64,000 bases of DNA, from assembly GCA_963704115.1 (NCBI GenBank), contig CAVPGY010000007.1, positions 48,658 to 112,657 of the forward strand, given 5' to 3'. The DNA is from an uncultured Chloroflexia bacterium (GTDB taxonomy: Bacteria > Chloroflexota > Limnocylindria > QHBO01). Positions 41,532-52,679 of this stretch are shown here, in pieces (position 1 is the stretch's first letter; each line of letters begins with the position of its first letter). The notes under the pieces were generated by a model. The model was not told where the DNA came from, searched no databases, and saw only the letters and a program-made list of their open reading frames with translations. A program made the translations under genes and the position numbers.

Positions 41532-42648
41532 ATGGACCGCGCTCACGAGACCGTCGTCATCGGCGGCGGACAGTCCGGCCTGGCGGCCGCCCATCACCTG
41601 GCGCGACGCAACGTCGACGCGGTGGTGCTCGAGGCCAGCGATCGCATCGGTGATCTCTGGCGCTCGCGGTGGGACTCGCTGCGCCTCTACAGCCCGGCGA
41701 AGTACGACTCCCTGCCGGGCATGCGCATGGGCATGCCGGGCCATTCGGTTCCCGAGTGCTCGCGAGATGGGCGACTACCTCGAGACCTACGCCGATGCCC
41801 AGCAGCTGCCGATCCGCACCGGCGTGGCCGTCACGCGCGTGCGAGCCGATGGCGACGGGTACGCGGTGGAGACCAACGAGGGCACCGTCGCCGCGCACCA
41901 GGTGATCGTGGCGACCGGTGGCTTCCAGCACCCGTACGTCCCGCAGGCGGCCCACGACCTGGATCCCGGTGTCCGCCAGATCCACTCGGTCAACTACCGC
42001 CGCCCCGACCAGCTCGCCGACGGAGCGGTCCTCGTGGTCGGGTTGAGCCACTCCGGCGCCGATATCGCCCGCGAGGCGGCCCTCGCCGGCCACCGCACGA
42101 TCGTGGCGGGCACGTCCCATGGCCAGCTTCCCTTCCCGGTGGACAGCCGGCGGGCACGCCTGGCCTGGCCGGTCCTCCGATTCGTGGCCTCGAACGTGCT
42201 CACGCTGCGGACGCCGATCGGCCGCAAGATGGCGCCCATGGTCCGGCTCGGCGGCGGGCCCCTGCTGCGGTATCGGCGGCAGGAGCTGCTCGAGGCCGGC
42301 GTGGAGCTGCGTGCTTCTCGCTTCACCGGGGCCCGTGACGGCCGCCCGCTGCTGGCCGACGACTCGGTCCACGACGTCGCGACGGTGGTGTGGTGCACCG
42401 GCTTCCGCCCGGACTTCGGGTGGGTCGAGCCGGCAACCGTCGACGAGCGCGGCTGGCCCATCCAGGAGCGCGGCGCGGCCGCTGGCGCGCCGGGGCTCTA
42501 CTTCCTGGGCATCCCGTTCCTGTTCGGCTTCACATCGATGCTCGTGCTCGGGGCCGATCGCGACGCCGCCTTCGTCGCCGATGCCGTCGCGCGCCGAGTC
42601 GTGTCCGACGGTCATCCGCTCGCCGGCGCCCCGCAGCGGGCCGCCTGA
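41532..42648 (+). CDS. Flavin-containing monooxygenase-like oxidoreductase, frameshift near 41750
   Basis: GGGQSGLAA, WRSRWDSLRLYSP in one frame; FPSAREMGDYLETYA, IVATG, VWCTGFRPD in the next. Confidence 0.8.
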
Positions 42649-42697
42649 CGTGCAGGTTGCGCCGCCCTGGGCTGGTGGCCCGCGGGCCTCGTCCACC

Positions 42698-42836
42698 GCA
42701 GTTATCCGCCCGGGTATCCAACAGCCGCCGAGCGGTCGCTGGCCGTCCCCGCGTTACCGGCAGCGGTATCGGGCGAACTCTGATCACGGCCGACTTCCTG
42801 CGCCGATCGCCGTTGGTTACCCGGGCGGGTAACCGC
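42698..42836 (-). repeat. 139-bp element E1 (reverse orientation, divergent subfamily C)
   Basis: Reverse complement reads GCGGTTAC-N7-GGTAACCAAC...GATACC (offset 66)...GTTGGATACC-N6-GATAACTGC. Confidence 0.8.
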
Positions 42837-42849
42837 AGGGGCGGAGTGA

Positions 42850-43695
42850 TCAGCGGAGCCGATAGACCTCGATCGGCCGCTCCATGCCCTTGAGCTCCAT
42901 GGGGCCCTGGCTCTCGAACGCGAGGCCGCTCCCATCGGCCAGGCCGACGGTCATGACCGAGGCGAAGACCTCCGAAGGGCCGGCGAGAGCCATGATCCGA
43001 GCGGCCGCGTGCACCGCCACGCCGCCGATGTCGTCGCCGATCGGCTCCACCTCCCCGGTGTGGACGCCGATGCGCACGGCGACCTGGGTGTCACGCACCG
43101 CTTCGATGATGGCTGCGGCGCAGCGCAGTCCCGCCACCGCGCTGCGGAAGGTGGCGAGGAAGCCATCGCCCGTCGTGTTGACCTCGGCCCCGCCGAAGCG
43201 GCGCAGCTGCGCGCGGACGAGGCGGTTGTGATCGGAGAGCACCTGCTTCCAGGCGGCGTCGCCGAGCCGGTGGGCGGTCGGGGTCGAGTCGACGATATCG
43301 GTCATCAGCAGGGTGGTGACGATGCGCTCGTGCTCGCGGGGCAGGCCCAGCGTGTCGATGTTGCCCGCGAAGTCGATCAGCACCGCCGGCTCGTCACCGA
43401 CGACCCAGGCATCGTGGCCCGGTGGGACGTCCATCACGTCGCCGGGCTCGAAGGTCATCTCCTCACCGTCGTCCATGCGCACCGCGAAGCGCCCCGAGAG
43501 CAGGATCTGGACGTGGTGCACCGGGCAGGATTCGGCTCGCATGGTCGGCCCCAGGTGCTCCGTCCAGCGCCAGCCGGGCTGCACCACGCCACGACCGATC
43601 GTGTTCGCCCCGATCCGCGCAAGCTGGACCGTGAGCAGCGGCAGCTCGCGCAGGCCATCGGGGTCGCCAAAGTTCCGTCGCCGGATTGCACCCAT
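42850..43695 (-). CDS. Cupin domain fused to class III nucleotide cyclase domain
   Basis: QPGWRW...HHVQILLSG...PPGHDAWVVG cupin; LMTDIVDST, TTGDGFLA, RIGVHTGE, GVAVHAAARI cyclase. Confidence 0.85.
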   Translation of the reverse strand: MGAIRRRNFGDPDGLRELPLLTVQLARIGANTIGRGVVQPGWRWTEHLGPTMRAESCPVHHVQILLSGRFAVRMDDGEEMTFEPGDVMDVPPGHDAWVVGDEPAVLIDFAGNIDTLGLPREHERIVTTLLMTDIVDSTPTAHRLGDAAWKQVLSDHNRLVRAQLRRFGGAEVNTTGDGFLATFRSAVAGLRCAAAIIEAVRDTQVAVRIGVHTGEVEPIGDDIGGVAVHAAARIMALAGPSEVFASVMTVGLADGSGLAFESQGPMELKGMERPIEVYRLR

Positions 43696-43747
43696 CGGTC
43701 CATGGTGACGCCCCCGCGCAAGGCCGGCGCGCCCCACGACGCACCGC

Positions 43748-43886
43748 CGCGTTTCGCGCCGTGGTATCCAACTGACACTGAGCGCTATCCGGGTTTGCCC
43801 GCGTTATCCGCAGTGGTGGCGCGGGGCGCCTGAATGGCCCTCACTGCCTTGCTCGCCCGCCGTTGGTCGTCAGCACGGGTAACCGG
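43748..43886 (-). repeat. 139-bp element E2 (reverse orientation, most degenerate)
   Basis: Same length and box offsets as E1; keeps GGTTAC, CCAAC, GATAACGCGG and GTTGGATACC on the minus strand. Confidence 0.65.
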
Positions 43887-43973
43887 GCGCGCGGCCATTG
43901 CGCCGACGCTCGAGGGAGCGCCCCGGAGGAACCCGTTCCCTTCCGTGGTCCGTTCACGTACGCTCCGCACCGA

Positions 43974-45164
43974 ATGACGGCGGCGACGGTGGAACCCGCG
44001 GTCCCGGCCGACAAGGATCGGCGGCTCTCGGCACGCGCCCGGATCCTGCCGTGGGTCGTCTGGGCCTGGGCCGCGGTCGAAGCGGCGCTCCTCGCGGTCG
44101 CCCTTCTCCTCTTCCCGGCCCTGCCGGGCACCGCGTCGACCGCAGAGGTCATCGAGTTCGCCGCCTTCCTGGTGACGCTGGCGGTGGCGGTCATGGCGTT
44201 CGCCACGGCGGGACTGCTGGTCACGCTCCAGCAGGCGCGCAACGCGGTCGGCTGGGCGATGCTCGGCGGCGGCGCGGCACTGGGGGCCGTGTTCGTCGGC
44301 TACGCCGTCGGCGTGGCGATCCTCGAGACCGATCCGCAGCTCGGCGGCTGGTTCGTGCTCCTCGGCGTCGTGCTGTTCGGGCCGGCGCTCTACCTGCTCG
44401 GGCCGGGGCTGGCATCGGTCTTCCCCGATGGGCGCCCGCTGCGCGGATGGTGGGCGCGGGCCGCGTGGCTCACGTCGGCCGGGATCGTGATCGGCTCCAT
44501 CCTGGCGGCCGTCGTGCCGGGGCCGCTCGAGGAGAGCATCGATGCGGCGAACCCACTTGGCATCGCCGCACTGCCGGCCGGGTTGCGCGACCTGGCCGAT
44601 GGCGTGACAGCGCTGGCCCTCATGGCCGGCGGCATCGTCGGCGTGGCGTCGCTGGTGGTCCGCTTCCGGCGGGCGACCTCGGAGACCCGCCACCAGCTCA
44701 AGTGGTTCCTCTTCGCCGTGGCGATCTGGGCCGTCGTGCTGCCGATCAGCCTGGTCGTCGGCGACAACTGGACGGCGATCGCGGCGCTCCTCGCCCTGTC
44801 GCTCGTGCCGGCCGCCGTGGTCGTGGCGATCCGTCGCTATCGGCTCTACGAGATCGACGTGCTGATCAACCGGACGCTGGTCTACGTGCCGCTCGTCGGG
44901 ATCGTGGCGGGGCTGTTCGCCGGACTCACGGCGCTGCTCCAGCGCGTCTTCACCGCCGTGACCGGGAACGGGTCGGATGCGGCGGCGGTGATCAGTGCGC
45001 TGACGCTGGCCACCGTCTTCACGCCGATTCGCAACTGGATCCAGGCCGGCGTCGACCGACGCTGGAAGCCGGACGACACCAACGCGGCGGGCAGGTGGGA
45101 GGACCCCGAGTTCCGAGCCGCCGTGGAGGCCATCGTCCGCGACGTCACCGGGCGCCGGGGCTGA
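43974..45164 (+). CDS. Multi-pass membrane protein resembling a stand-alone sensor module
   Basis: About 10 TM helices; NAVGWAML, FPDGR, NPLGI, QLKWF, RYRLYEIDVLINRTLVY motifs. Confidence 0.75.
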   Translation: MTAATVEPAVPADKDRRLSARARILPWVVWAWAAVEAALLAVALLLFPALPGTASTAEVIEFAAFLVTLAVAVMAFATAGLLVTLQQARNAVGWAMLGGGAALGAVFVGYAVGVAILETDPQLGGWFVLLGVVLFGPALYLLGPGLASVFPDGRPLRGWWARAAWLTSAGIVIGSILAAVVPGPLEESIDAANPLGIAALPAGLRDLADGVTALALMAGGIVGVASLVVRFRRATSETRHQLKWFLFAVAIWAVVLPISLVVGDNWTAIAALLALSLVPAAVVVAIRRYRLYEIDVLINRTLVYVPLVGIVAGLFAGLTALLQRVFTAVTGNGSDAAAVISALTLATVFTPIRNWIQAGVDRRWKPDDTNAAGRWEDPEFRAAVEAIVRDVTGRRG

Positions 45165-45208
45165 GGGCGCACTGGGTCCCGCGGCCTCCGTGGCATCCCG
45201 ACAATGCG

Positions 45209-45347
45209 GCGGTTACTCGCCTCGGTATCCAATGGACCCCGAACCCCGGGGACGCCCCGCTTCCGACGCCGCCTGATACCCATGCCGGTACCCACCGGCC
45301 GTTCGGTCACGCCTCACCCGCCGATGGATACCCGTGCCGGTAACCGC
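45209..45347 (+). repeat. 139-bp element E3 (subfamily A)
   Basis: GCGGTTAC-N7-GGTATCCAA...GATACC...GGTACC...GATGGATACC...GGTAACCGC. Confidence 0.9.
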
Positions 45348-45390
45348 GGCCGCGCGGACAACCGCGGCCGGCGAAGCACGCGGCCGCCGA

Positions 45391-48300
45391 TCAGTTGCGG
45401 ACCGGCTGCCTCGCGTCGTCGGAGGCGGCCACCGGCTCCCCGTCCCTGGCGGTCATCGCTCGCTCCAGCAGGGCCAGCAGCGGCGCGGCCCCCAGCCGAT
45501 CGAAGAGCGCCCGTGCATCATCGGCAGCGGCACGGGCCTGCGGATCGGCCGGACCCACCATCGACACCCAGTCGACCGCGCACCAGCCTACCTCGACGTG
45601 GTGCCCGAGCTCGCGCCAGCGAGTGATCGCATCGGCGAACCCGGCGGTCGCGTCGGCGCGTCGGCCCTCCATCGCGGCGAGAGCCGCCTCGGCCTCGCGT
45701 CGGGCCGCTGCCGGAAGGCGTCCGGGCTTGTCACGGAAGTGATCGATCGCGCTCGTGAGCGCCGAGGCGTCTCCTCCCCAGGCCGCCGCGCGCGCGGCGA
45801 TCTGGAACGTGGTGGTGTCGGGAGCGCTACCGGCCTCGTACGCGCGGCGAGCCAGCGCGAGCGCCTCTGCGAAGTCACCCCTGGCCAGGGCGACGAGCGC
45901 CTCTGCCTCGTCCAGGGTGGCGAACACCTGGAGCTCGGTCGTGTCCCCGACCCTCTGCCGCACGGCGGCAAAGTCGGCCGCCACGTCCTCGCCGCGGAGC
46001 CCGCGGAACTCCGCGAGCCGGAACCGGGCCGAGGACTCTCCCAGCCCTGACAGCTCCTCCTCGAGCGCGCTGACCGCCCACTCCCACTCGCCATTCGAGA
46101 GGGCGAACGCCGCGGCGTTGCCGAGCATGTAATCCCCGTAGCCGGCCATCCCGTAGCGGCGCACCAGCTCGACCCCCTCTCTGGCCACGTCGAACGCCAT
46201 CCGCGGATCCTCGGCCGCGGCCGAGTAGCTGAGGTTGATGCGGGCGCGCAGTCCCACGTCGACCAGCCCGTAGGACGTGGCCGACGCCACCGCGCCGACC
46301 AGCGTGGTGACCGACTCGCGAATGCGTCCCGCCGCTGCCAGGCATGGACCACGGGTGACAAGGAGCTGGATCGTCTCACGGTTGAGCTCCAGCCGTTCCG
46401 CCGTGGGCAGGATCTCGTCCACGATCCGCATCGCGTCGGTGCCACGTCCCTGCAGCATCGTGGACCGGGCGAGCTCGGCGGCGAGCCGGACGTACTCGAC
46501 GGTGTCCTCGAGGTCGCGGTACTCCCGGTGTGCCGGCTCGAGCATGGCGATCGACTCGACCACCTTGCCCTGGACCGCGATCGCGAGCGCGTGGTCGTCG
46601 AATCGCCGACATGAGGAGGCGCCGATCGCCGCCTGCCCTGGCCAGCTCGAGCGCACGCTCGGTGTGCGCCGTCGTCTCGTCGACGAGCCCCGCGAAGAGT
46701 CCGGCGTCGCCGGCCGCCGCGTGGAGCTGGCGCTGCTCGTCGGGATCGGTCGTGACCTCCAGCGCACTCTCCAGGAACCGCATGGCCTGCACGAACGATC
46801 CGAGCGAGCGCGCCCGGTCGGCGGCCCCGCGGAGCGCGACGCGCGCCTGCGCCGCCACCGCGTCGCCCTCCGGCCCTTCGGGGTGGGCCCGGTACGCCGC
46901 CAGGTAGTGCTCGGCCAGCGCTCCGGCGATGCCCTCATCGTCGAGCGTCTCGTAGTGGCGCGCCGCCGCCAGGTGGAGCCGCCGTCGATCGGCGCGTGCG
47001 AGCGTGCCGTACGCGACCTCGCGGATCAACGCCTGGACGAACGTGAACTGCCCACGCTCTGGCGAACGAGGATCGACCTCGAGCGACAGCAGCTCGCGGC
47101 GCACGAGGTGGCGCAGCCGAGCGGCGATCGCCTCCGTGTCCTGGCCCGTCAGCGCCGCCAGCTCGTCGATGCTGAAGGTCTTGCCGACGATCGATGCCGC
47201 CTGGAGCAGTGACCGATCCTCCGCCTCCAGCGCGTCGAGGCGCGAAGCGATGAGCGCGTGGAGCGACGCCGGGACCGACAGCTCCGACAGGTCGCCGGTC
47301 GGTCGATAGACCCCATCGTCGAGCGACACGTGCCCCTCGCTCAGGAGCATGCGCACCGTCTCGACGGCATAGAGCGGAATACCCTCCGCACGCTCCAGGA
47401 CGCGCTCCACGACCGGGTCCGGCAGGCCCGGCACGAGGCCGGCGAGCAGCTCGCGCATCGATTCGGCGTCGAGCGGCTCGAGCACGAGCGAGGTGAAGTT
47501 GCGCCGGCCGGCGCCCCAATCGGCACGGCGATCGAGCAGCTCGGGGCGCGCCAGGCTGATCAGGTAGATCGGCCGGTCGCGCGACCACTCGAGGATGTGA
47601 TCGATGAAGTCGAGCAGGCCGCCATCGGCCCATTGGAGATCCTCGAACACCAGCACCACCACGCCCTGCTCGGCGATGCGCTCGAAGAAAACGCGCCACG
47701 CGGCGAACAGCGACTCGCGATCCGGGCGCGTGCCGGCGTCGGACGACTCGAGGCCCAGCAGCTGGAGCATGCGCGGCTCCATCCAGGCGCGTTCGGCCTC
47801 GTCGGGCACCCAGGTTGCGAGTGCTGTCGCCAGCTTCGCTCGTGCGGTGGCGGGGGCATCGGCCTCGGTGATCTCCGCCCGACCGCGCACCATCTCGGCC
47901 AGCGCCCAGAAGCTGATGCCCTCGCCGTACGCCGGCGAGCGGCCCTGGTGCCAGTAGACGACCTCGGTCACGCCGTCGAGGTACTTCTGGAACTCCCAGA
48001 CCAGCCGGCTCTTGCCGATGCCACCCTGCCCGATGATCGAGACGAGGCGCGGGCGTCGCTCGGCGGCGGTGGCGGCATGGAAGTCCTTGAGCATGCGCAG
48101 CTCGGCGGCGCGGCCCACGAACGGCGCCTCCAGCTGCTCGCTGCGTCCGGCCCCGCCCCGGCGCGCCACCACGCGCAGGGCGCGGTAGGCAGGCACCGGG
48201 GCCTGCTTGCCCTTGAGCAGCTGCTCGCCGGCCGGCTCGAAGGCGACCGCGCCGCTCGCCGCGTGGAAGGTCGACTCGCCCACCAGCACCGATCCCGGCG

Positions 48301-48913
48301 GCGCCACCGACTGCAGCCGGCTGGCCGTGTTGACGAGGTCGCCGGCGACCATGCCCTGGTTCGGTGGCACCCAGCGTGACGGCCGCCTCGCCGGTGAGCA
48401 CGCCGGCACGCAGCGTCAGCTCCGCCCCGATCTCGGTGCCGATCGCCCGCACGACCTCCACCAGGTCGAGCCCGCTGCGCACCGCCCGCTCCGCATCGTC
48501 CTCGTAGGCGATCGGCGCGCCCCAGACCGCCATGACCGCGTCACCGATGAACTTCTCGACGGTTCCGCCGTAGGCTGCCGATGATCTGGTTCGCCGTCTC
48601 GAAGTACCGGCCGAGCAGCTCTCGCACGGCTCTCGGGGTCCCGCGACTCCGACAGCGTGGTGAACCCCACCAGGTCCGCGAACAGCACCGAGACGAGGCG
48701 CCGCTCCGCGGTCGGTGCCGGGATCGATGCCGCTGGGGTGGACGCGGGTGCGGCGGCGGTCGCTCCAAGGGCTGAGCCACATTGGCCGCAGAACTTCACG
48801 CCGGGGGCGTTCGCCGCGCCGCACGACGGACATGACGCGGCCAGGCTCGCTCCACACTCGCCACAGAACCGCCGATCCGGCTCGTTCGGCGTCGCGCATG
48901 CCGGACAGATCAC
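45391..48913 (-). CDS. Second zinc ribbon/cyclase/AAA/TPR protein, multiply frameshifted
   Basis: [54 protein letters not shown] across at least 4 frames; paralog of 16631-20152. Confidence 0.8.
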
Positions 48914-48978
48914 TCGCGGCCTCCGTGCTGAGCGCCGAGTATCGGCGGGCACGGAGGACGGGTCAACCTGGTCGCGCG

Positions 48979-49098
48979 TCAGCGATGAGCCCGACGCGCG
49001 CGATCCTCCTGCCGCTCCTCGAGATACTCGAGGGGCACCGCCGCCAGGAGTGCCAGGCACCCCAGGCCGGTGAGAACGAGGAGGATGAGCTCCACCAT
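48979..49098 (-). CDS. Small single-TM protein (39 aa)
   Basis: [22 protein letters not shown] followed by a charged tail. Confidence 0.4.
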   Translation of the reverse strand: MVELILLVLTGLGCLALLAAVPLEYLEERQEDRARRAHR

Positions 49099-49198
49099 TC
49101 GCCCAGCGTGATCATCGAACGACGGTCGCGCCATGGGCCATAGGTCCGGTGGAGGTCCCCCGTCGACTGCCCGGGCCGGCATGACAACCTCGAGGCCG

Positions 49199-49972
49199 CT
49201 ACCCCTCGTCGAGCTTCAACAGCCCGAACATGGCGCCCTGCGGATCGCTGACGATCGCGAAACGGCCGCCCGGCATCGGCATCGGAGCCACCATCTCGGT
49301 CGCGCCCAGCCCGGTCGCCTTCGCGAACGCACCGTCGACATCGGCGACGTTGAAGTAGACCATCCAGTAGCTCGGTACCTCGGGCGGCATCGACGCCTGC
49401 ATCTCCATCCCGCCGGCGATCTGCTCTCCGTCGACCGAGAAGGTCGTGTAGTCCGGCTGACCCTCCCCCATGGGGCTCGTCTCGGCCTGCCAGCCGAAGA
49501 CCGTGCGGTAGAAGGCGATGGCCTTGTCGATCCCGCGCGCGTTGACCTCGGCCCACCCGAACGTGCCGGCGTCGCCGGTGCGGAACGACCGCATCCCGGT
49601 CGCCTGCCAGGCCGATATGACCGCACCGGACGGATCGGCGAAGACGGCCATGCGGCCCATGTCGCCCACGTCGAACGCCGGCGCGATGACGCTGCCGCCG
49701 GCGGCCTGGACCGCATCGCCGAGCGCTGCCGCGTCATCGGTCTCGATGTAGAGGCTCCAGGCGGTCGGTGCCTCCGGCATCATCTTGGCGGTGATCCCGG
49801 CCACGTCGCCGTCGCCGTCGGCAAGGCGCGCCATGGCGTAGCCGCCGTACTGGGGATCCTCCGACACCGAGATGTCCCATCCCAGCAGCTTGCCGTAGAA
49901 CTCGCGCGCTGCGGCGGGGTCGTCCGCCGCCAGCTCGACCCAGGCGGGCCGTGTCTTCGTGGCCGTGACCAT
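49199..49972 (-). CDS. Two-domain VOC/glyoxalase family protein (Rv0577-like)
   Basis: PAWVEL..FYGKLLGW, GRMAVFADPSGA, FGWAEVN, GGRFAIVSDPQGA. Confidence 0.9.
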   Translation of the reverse strand: MVTATKTRPAWVELAADDPAAAREFYGKLLGWDISVSEDPQYGGYAMARLADGDGDVAGITAKMMPEAPTAWSLYIETDDAAALGDAVQAAGGSVIAPAFDVGDMGRMAVFADPSGAVISAWQATGMRSFRTGDAGTFGWAEVNARGIDKAIAFYRTVFGWQAETSPMGEGQPDYTTFSVDGEQIAGGMEMQASMPPEVPSYWMVYFNVADVDGAFAKATGLGATEMVAPMPMPGGRFAIVSDPQGAMFGLLKLDEG

Positions 49973-50377
49973 GTCGTTCTCCGATCGTCTGTGAGCCGGG
50001 AATGCTGCGCCGATAGCGGTGCCGGGTCAAGGCACGGGGTTCTCCGCACTTGGGACCCGGCGCCGGCCCAGCGGGCCGGCAGCCCCCATGGACGCCGGTC
50101 CGAGCGAAAGGTCGGGCCGAGACGGCCGGGTCCGGCAGGCTGGCGGTGACCTGCGCCACATCCGTGATCCTCATCTGGCACTCCGACGATGCTCGGATCG
50201 TCGAAGTGACCCGTGAATCGCAGGATGACCGGGACTCCCCGTGGCCATGGACGCGCGCTGGCTCGTGCAGGGGACAACGACATCAGACGGCCCTCGGTGC
50301 CTGTGGGCCGCTGTGGGGCGGCGCTGCGGTTGCGATGCCACGTGACGACGCTCGCGCCCACGCGGACGTTGCCTTCG

Positions 50378-52389
50378 TCATGGTCGGATCGACTCCACGA
50401 CGAAGTTCTCCTCGCACTGGCGGAACATGGTGGTGGCCCCCGTCAGCCGGTTCGGGATGAAGGCAGGCGCGTCCGCCGGGAGGGTTCCGCCGTGCGACCC
50501 ACGGGTCTGCGGCACCAGGCGGCAGGTCGCCGATGCTTCGTCCCGGTAGTGGCCGGTGATTTCGACCCAGGCGTGCGTCGTCAACGGCCCCAAGTCCACC
50601 TCGTCCGGCACGTGCAGCGTCAGCCAGTTGTCGGACAGCTCCTCCTCGGCGGGAGCCACCACGGGGGTATATGACAAGGCCAGCCAACCCGGCTCAGGCG
50701 AGCCGGACCAACAGCATGGCAGGAAGGCGGCGTTGGGGACCCAGGCGCGGATCGCGACCGACGCGTCACCGAGGCAGGTGCCGGCGTAGGGCTCGAGGTA
50801 CAGCAGCAGGAGCGTCGAGATTGCCCCCGGCGGCGGGCATGGCGGCAGCGGCCCGGGGTACGTGACGGGATCTCCGGTGGGCTCCCAGGTGGCGCCGTCC
50901 GTGGAGTGCCAAAGCTGCGTACCTCGCCCATCCGGGCTGGCTCCAACGGTCACCCAGCCGGCGGCCCCCCACGCGGGCTCCGTGACCACCGACCCCCCGA
51001 GCGCGCCCGGGGAGACCGAGAGGCGCGTCCACGCCGATCCGTCGGTCGAGGCCCAGGTGGTCACCGCGAGCGAGCCGGTGGTCCAGCCAGTCGCGAGCAG
51101 ACCATCGGCACCAGCGCTGAGGCTCACGATCGAGAACGCGCCGTCATCGATACGTATCGGCGGACCGTCCCACGTCACCGCGCCCGAGGCGAGGAGCCGT
51201 CCGCGATGGAGGCTCGCGAGGGTCGTATCGGGCTCGACGGTCAGCAGGTAGACCCGATCGCCAACCAGTTCGCCGTCCGAGATCCAGTCGTCGATGCCAA
51301 GCGTCACGTCCAGCGGAGCCCATGTGATGCCGTCCGCCGAAGCCCATGGCCGGTCCTCTGTGCCCGGGACGAAGGCGAGATAGCCGCCGTCCGAGGACTC
51401 CAGTGCGACCTCGCCGTACTCGGAAATCGGCAGCGGCGCTCCTTCCGACCACGTCCGCCCGTCTGTTGATCGCCTGGCCGTGGCGCCGTCGACCATCACC
51501 CAGCCTGCCGCGCCGTAGGCAACCGCTCGTCCGCCAGGCTCGACGTCGAGAACTTCCCACGTCTCGCCATCGGTCGAGACGGCGACTCGGGTGACTCCCG
51601 GGTAGAAGCCCGCGAGGGCGACCATCGCGGTCGGACCGATCGCAATCTGGTGCATCTCTCCCGCGACGGCCCCGTGGATGTGCTCCACGTCACGCCGTCG
51701 CCGGATCGCCAGGTGGATGTCTCCCCGCCACCCTCGTATGGCAGCAGTAGTTCGCCCGGAGACTGGGTCCGAACGCCACGTACGTCGAGCCGTTCGATAC
51801 GACGCCGACGAGCCGCGATGCGTACGCCTTCCATGGCGTCACAGTGGGGACGAGATAGCGATCGTCGTCGGGGCCCGAGTAGGCAAAGCCCGTCGAACCA
51901 TCGGCGAGGATGGGTATCCAGGTGTCCGGCACCTGCCACAGCTCGGTACCCAGAGCGAGGTCACCGGCGTCGAGCGAGCCGACCACCGGATGCTCCGTTC
52001 CAGGCCCGGACCGAATGCTCAGGTCGTTCACGGCCGATACCAGCCACACGCCCCCGGCTTCGTACGGGCCGTCCCGGTCCGGCGCTGGCGGCCAGGGCAG
52101 GTGCGCCATCTCGGGCGGAGGAGCTTCCGTCGGTGCGACACTCGGCGCGTCGCTGGGGGCCGGTTCGAAGCTCGGCGTTGCCGAGGGCTCCGAGGTGCCG
52201 GTGGGCCATGGCGTCGGCGTCGGATCCGCGTCACCGGTGGGGCGCGCGTCACTCAGCACGACCAGCGCGACCACCGCAGCGACACCAAGCAGGACGGCAG
52301 CGCCGCCGATCGCAGCGAAGCCCGCTCCCCTCGGATGCCGCTCGATCCAGCCGGGCCATCCCCCCGCGCGGCTGCCCCGCGCCCGTCAT
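50378..52389 (-). CDS. Membrane-anchored SH3-like + BNR-like repeat + Cys-domain protein, frameshifted into at least 4 frame segments
   Basis: TM GFAAIGGAAVLLGVAAVVALVV; LSIRSGPG SH3b-like; repeated S-x-D-G-x-T-W; ITGHYRDEASATCR. Confidence 0.65.
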
Positions 52390-52679
52390 GCGTGAACCCT
52401 ACGCTCTTGCGACGCAAAAGCAATCCCCAGATTCCGGGGCCGGCGTTGGCGGTTGCGCGCCGCGGTCAACGGTCCGAGGGCGTTCGACGCACACTGCGCC
52501 TGGTCGCCCACCGGCGTCCCCGCTGCTGGCACGTGCGATGCAATCGAGCCGCTACGTGGTCGATGCGCCCACCACAGGATCAGTTGGACGGTGGAGCGGG
52601 CAGCGGCCATGATGTGCGTCGCTCGTGGGACCGCCTCTCACGGGACAATCCCGAACCGGCTACTCCCCTGGAGACATCG

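Noticed and set aside
50030-50140. ykkC (guanidine-I/PRPP) riboswitch or SRP RNA
   Set aside because: GGGGTTC and CGGTCCGAGCG resemble ykkC, but P1 pairing and the GGGAYAAAAGCCC 3' motif are missing and no plus-strand gene follows. The SRP domain IV motif is absent.
52449-52607. Ninth degenerate copy of the 139-bp element
   Set aside because: Ends resemble it (GCGGTTGC...GGTCAAC; TCAGTTGGA), but the span is 159 bp and the central module is absent.
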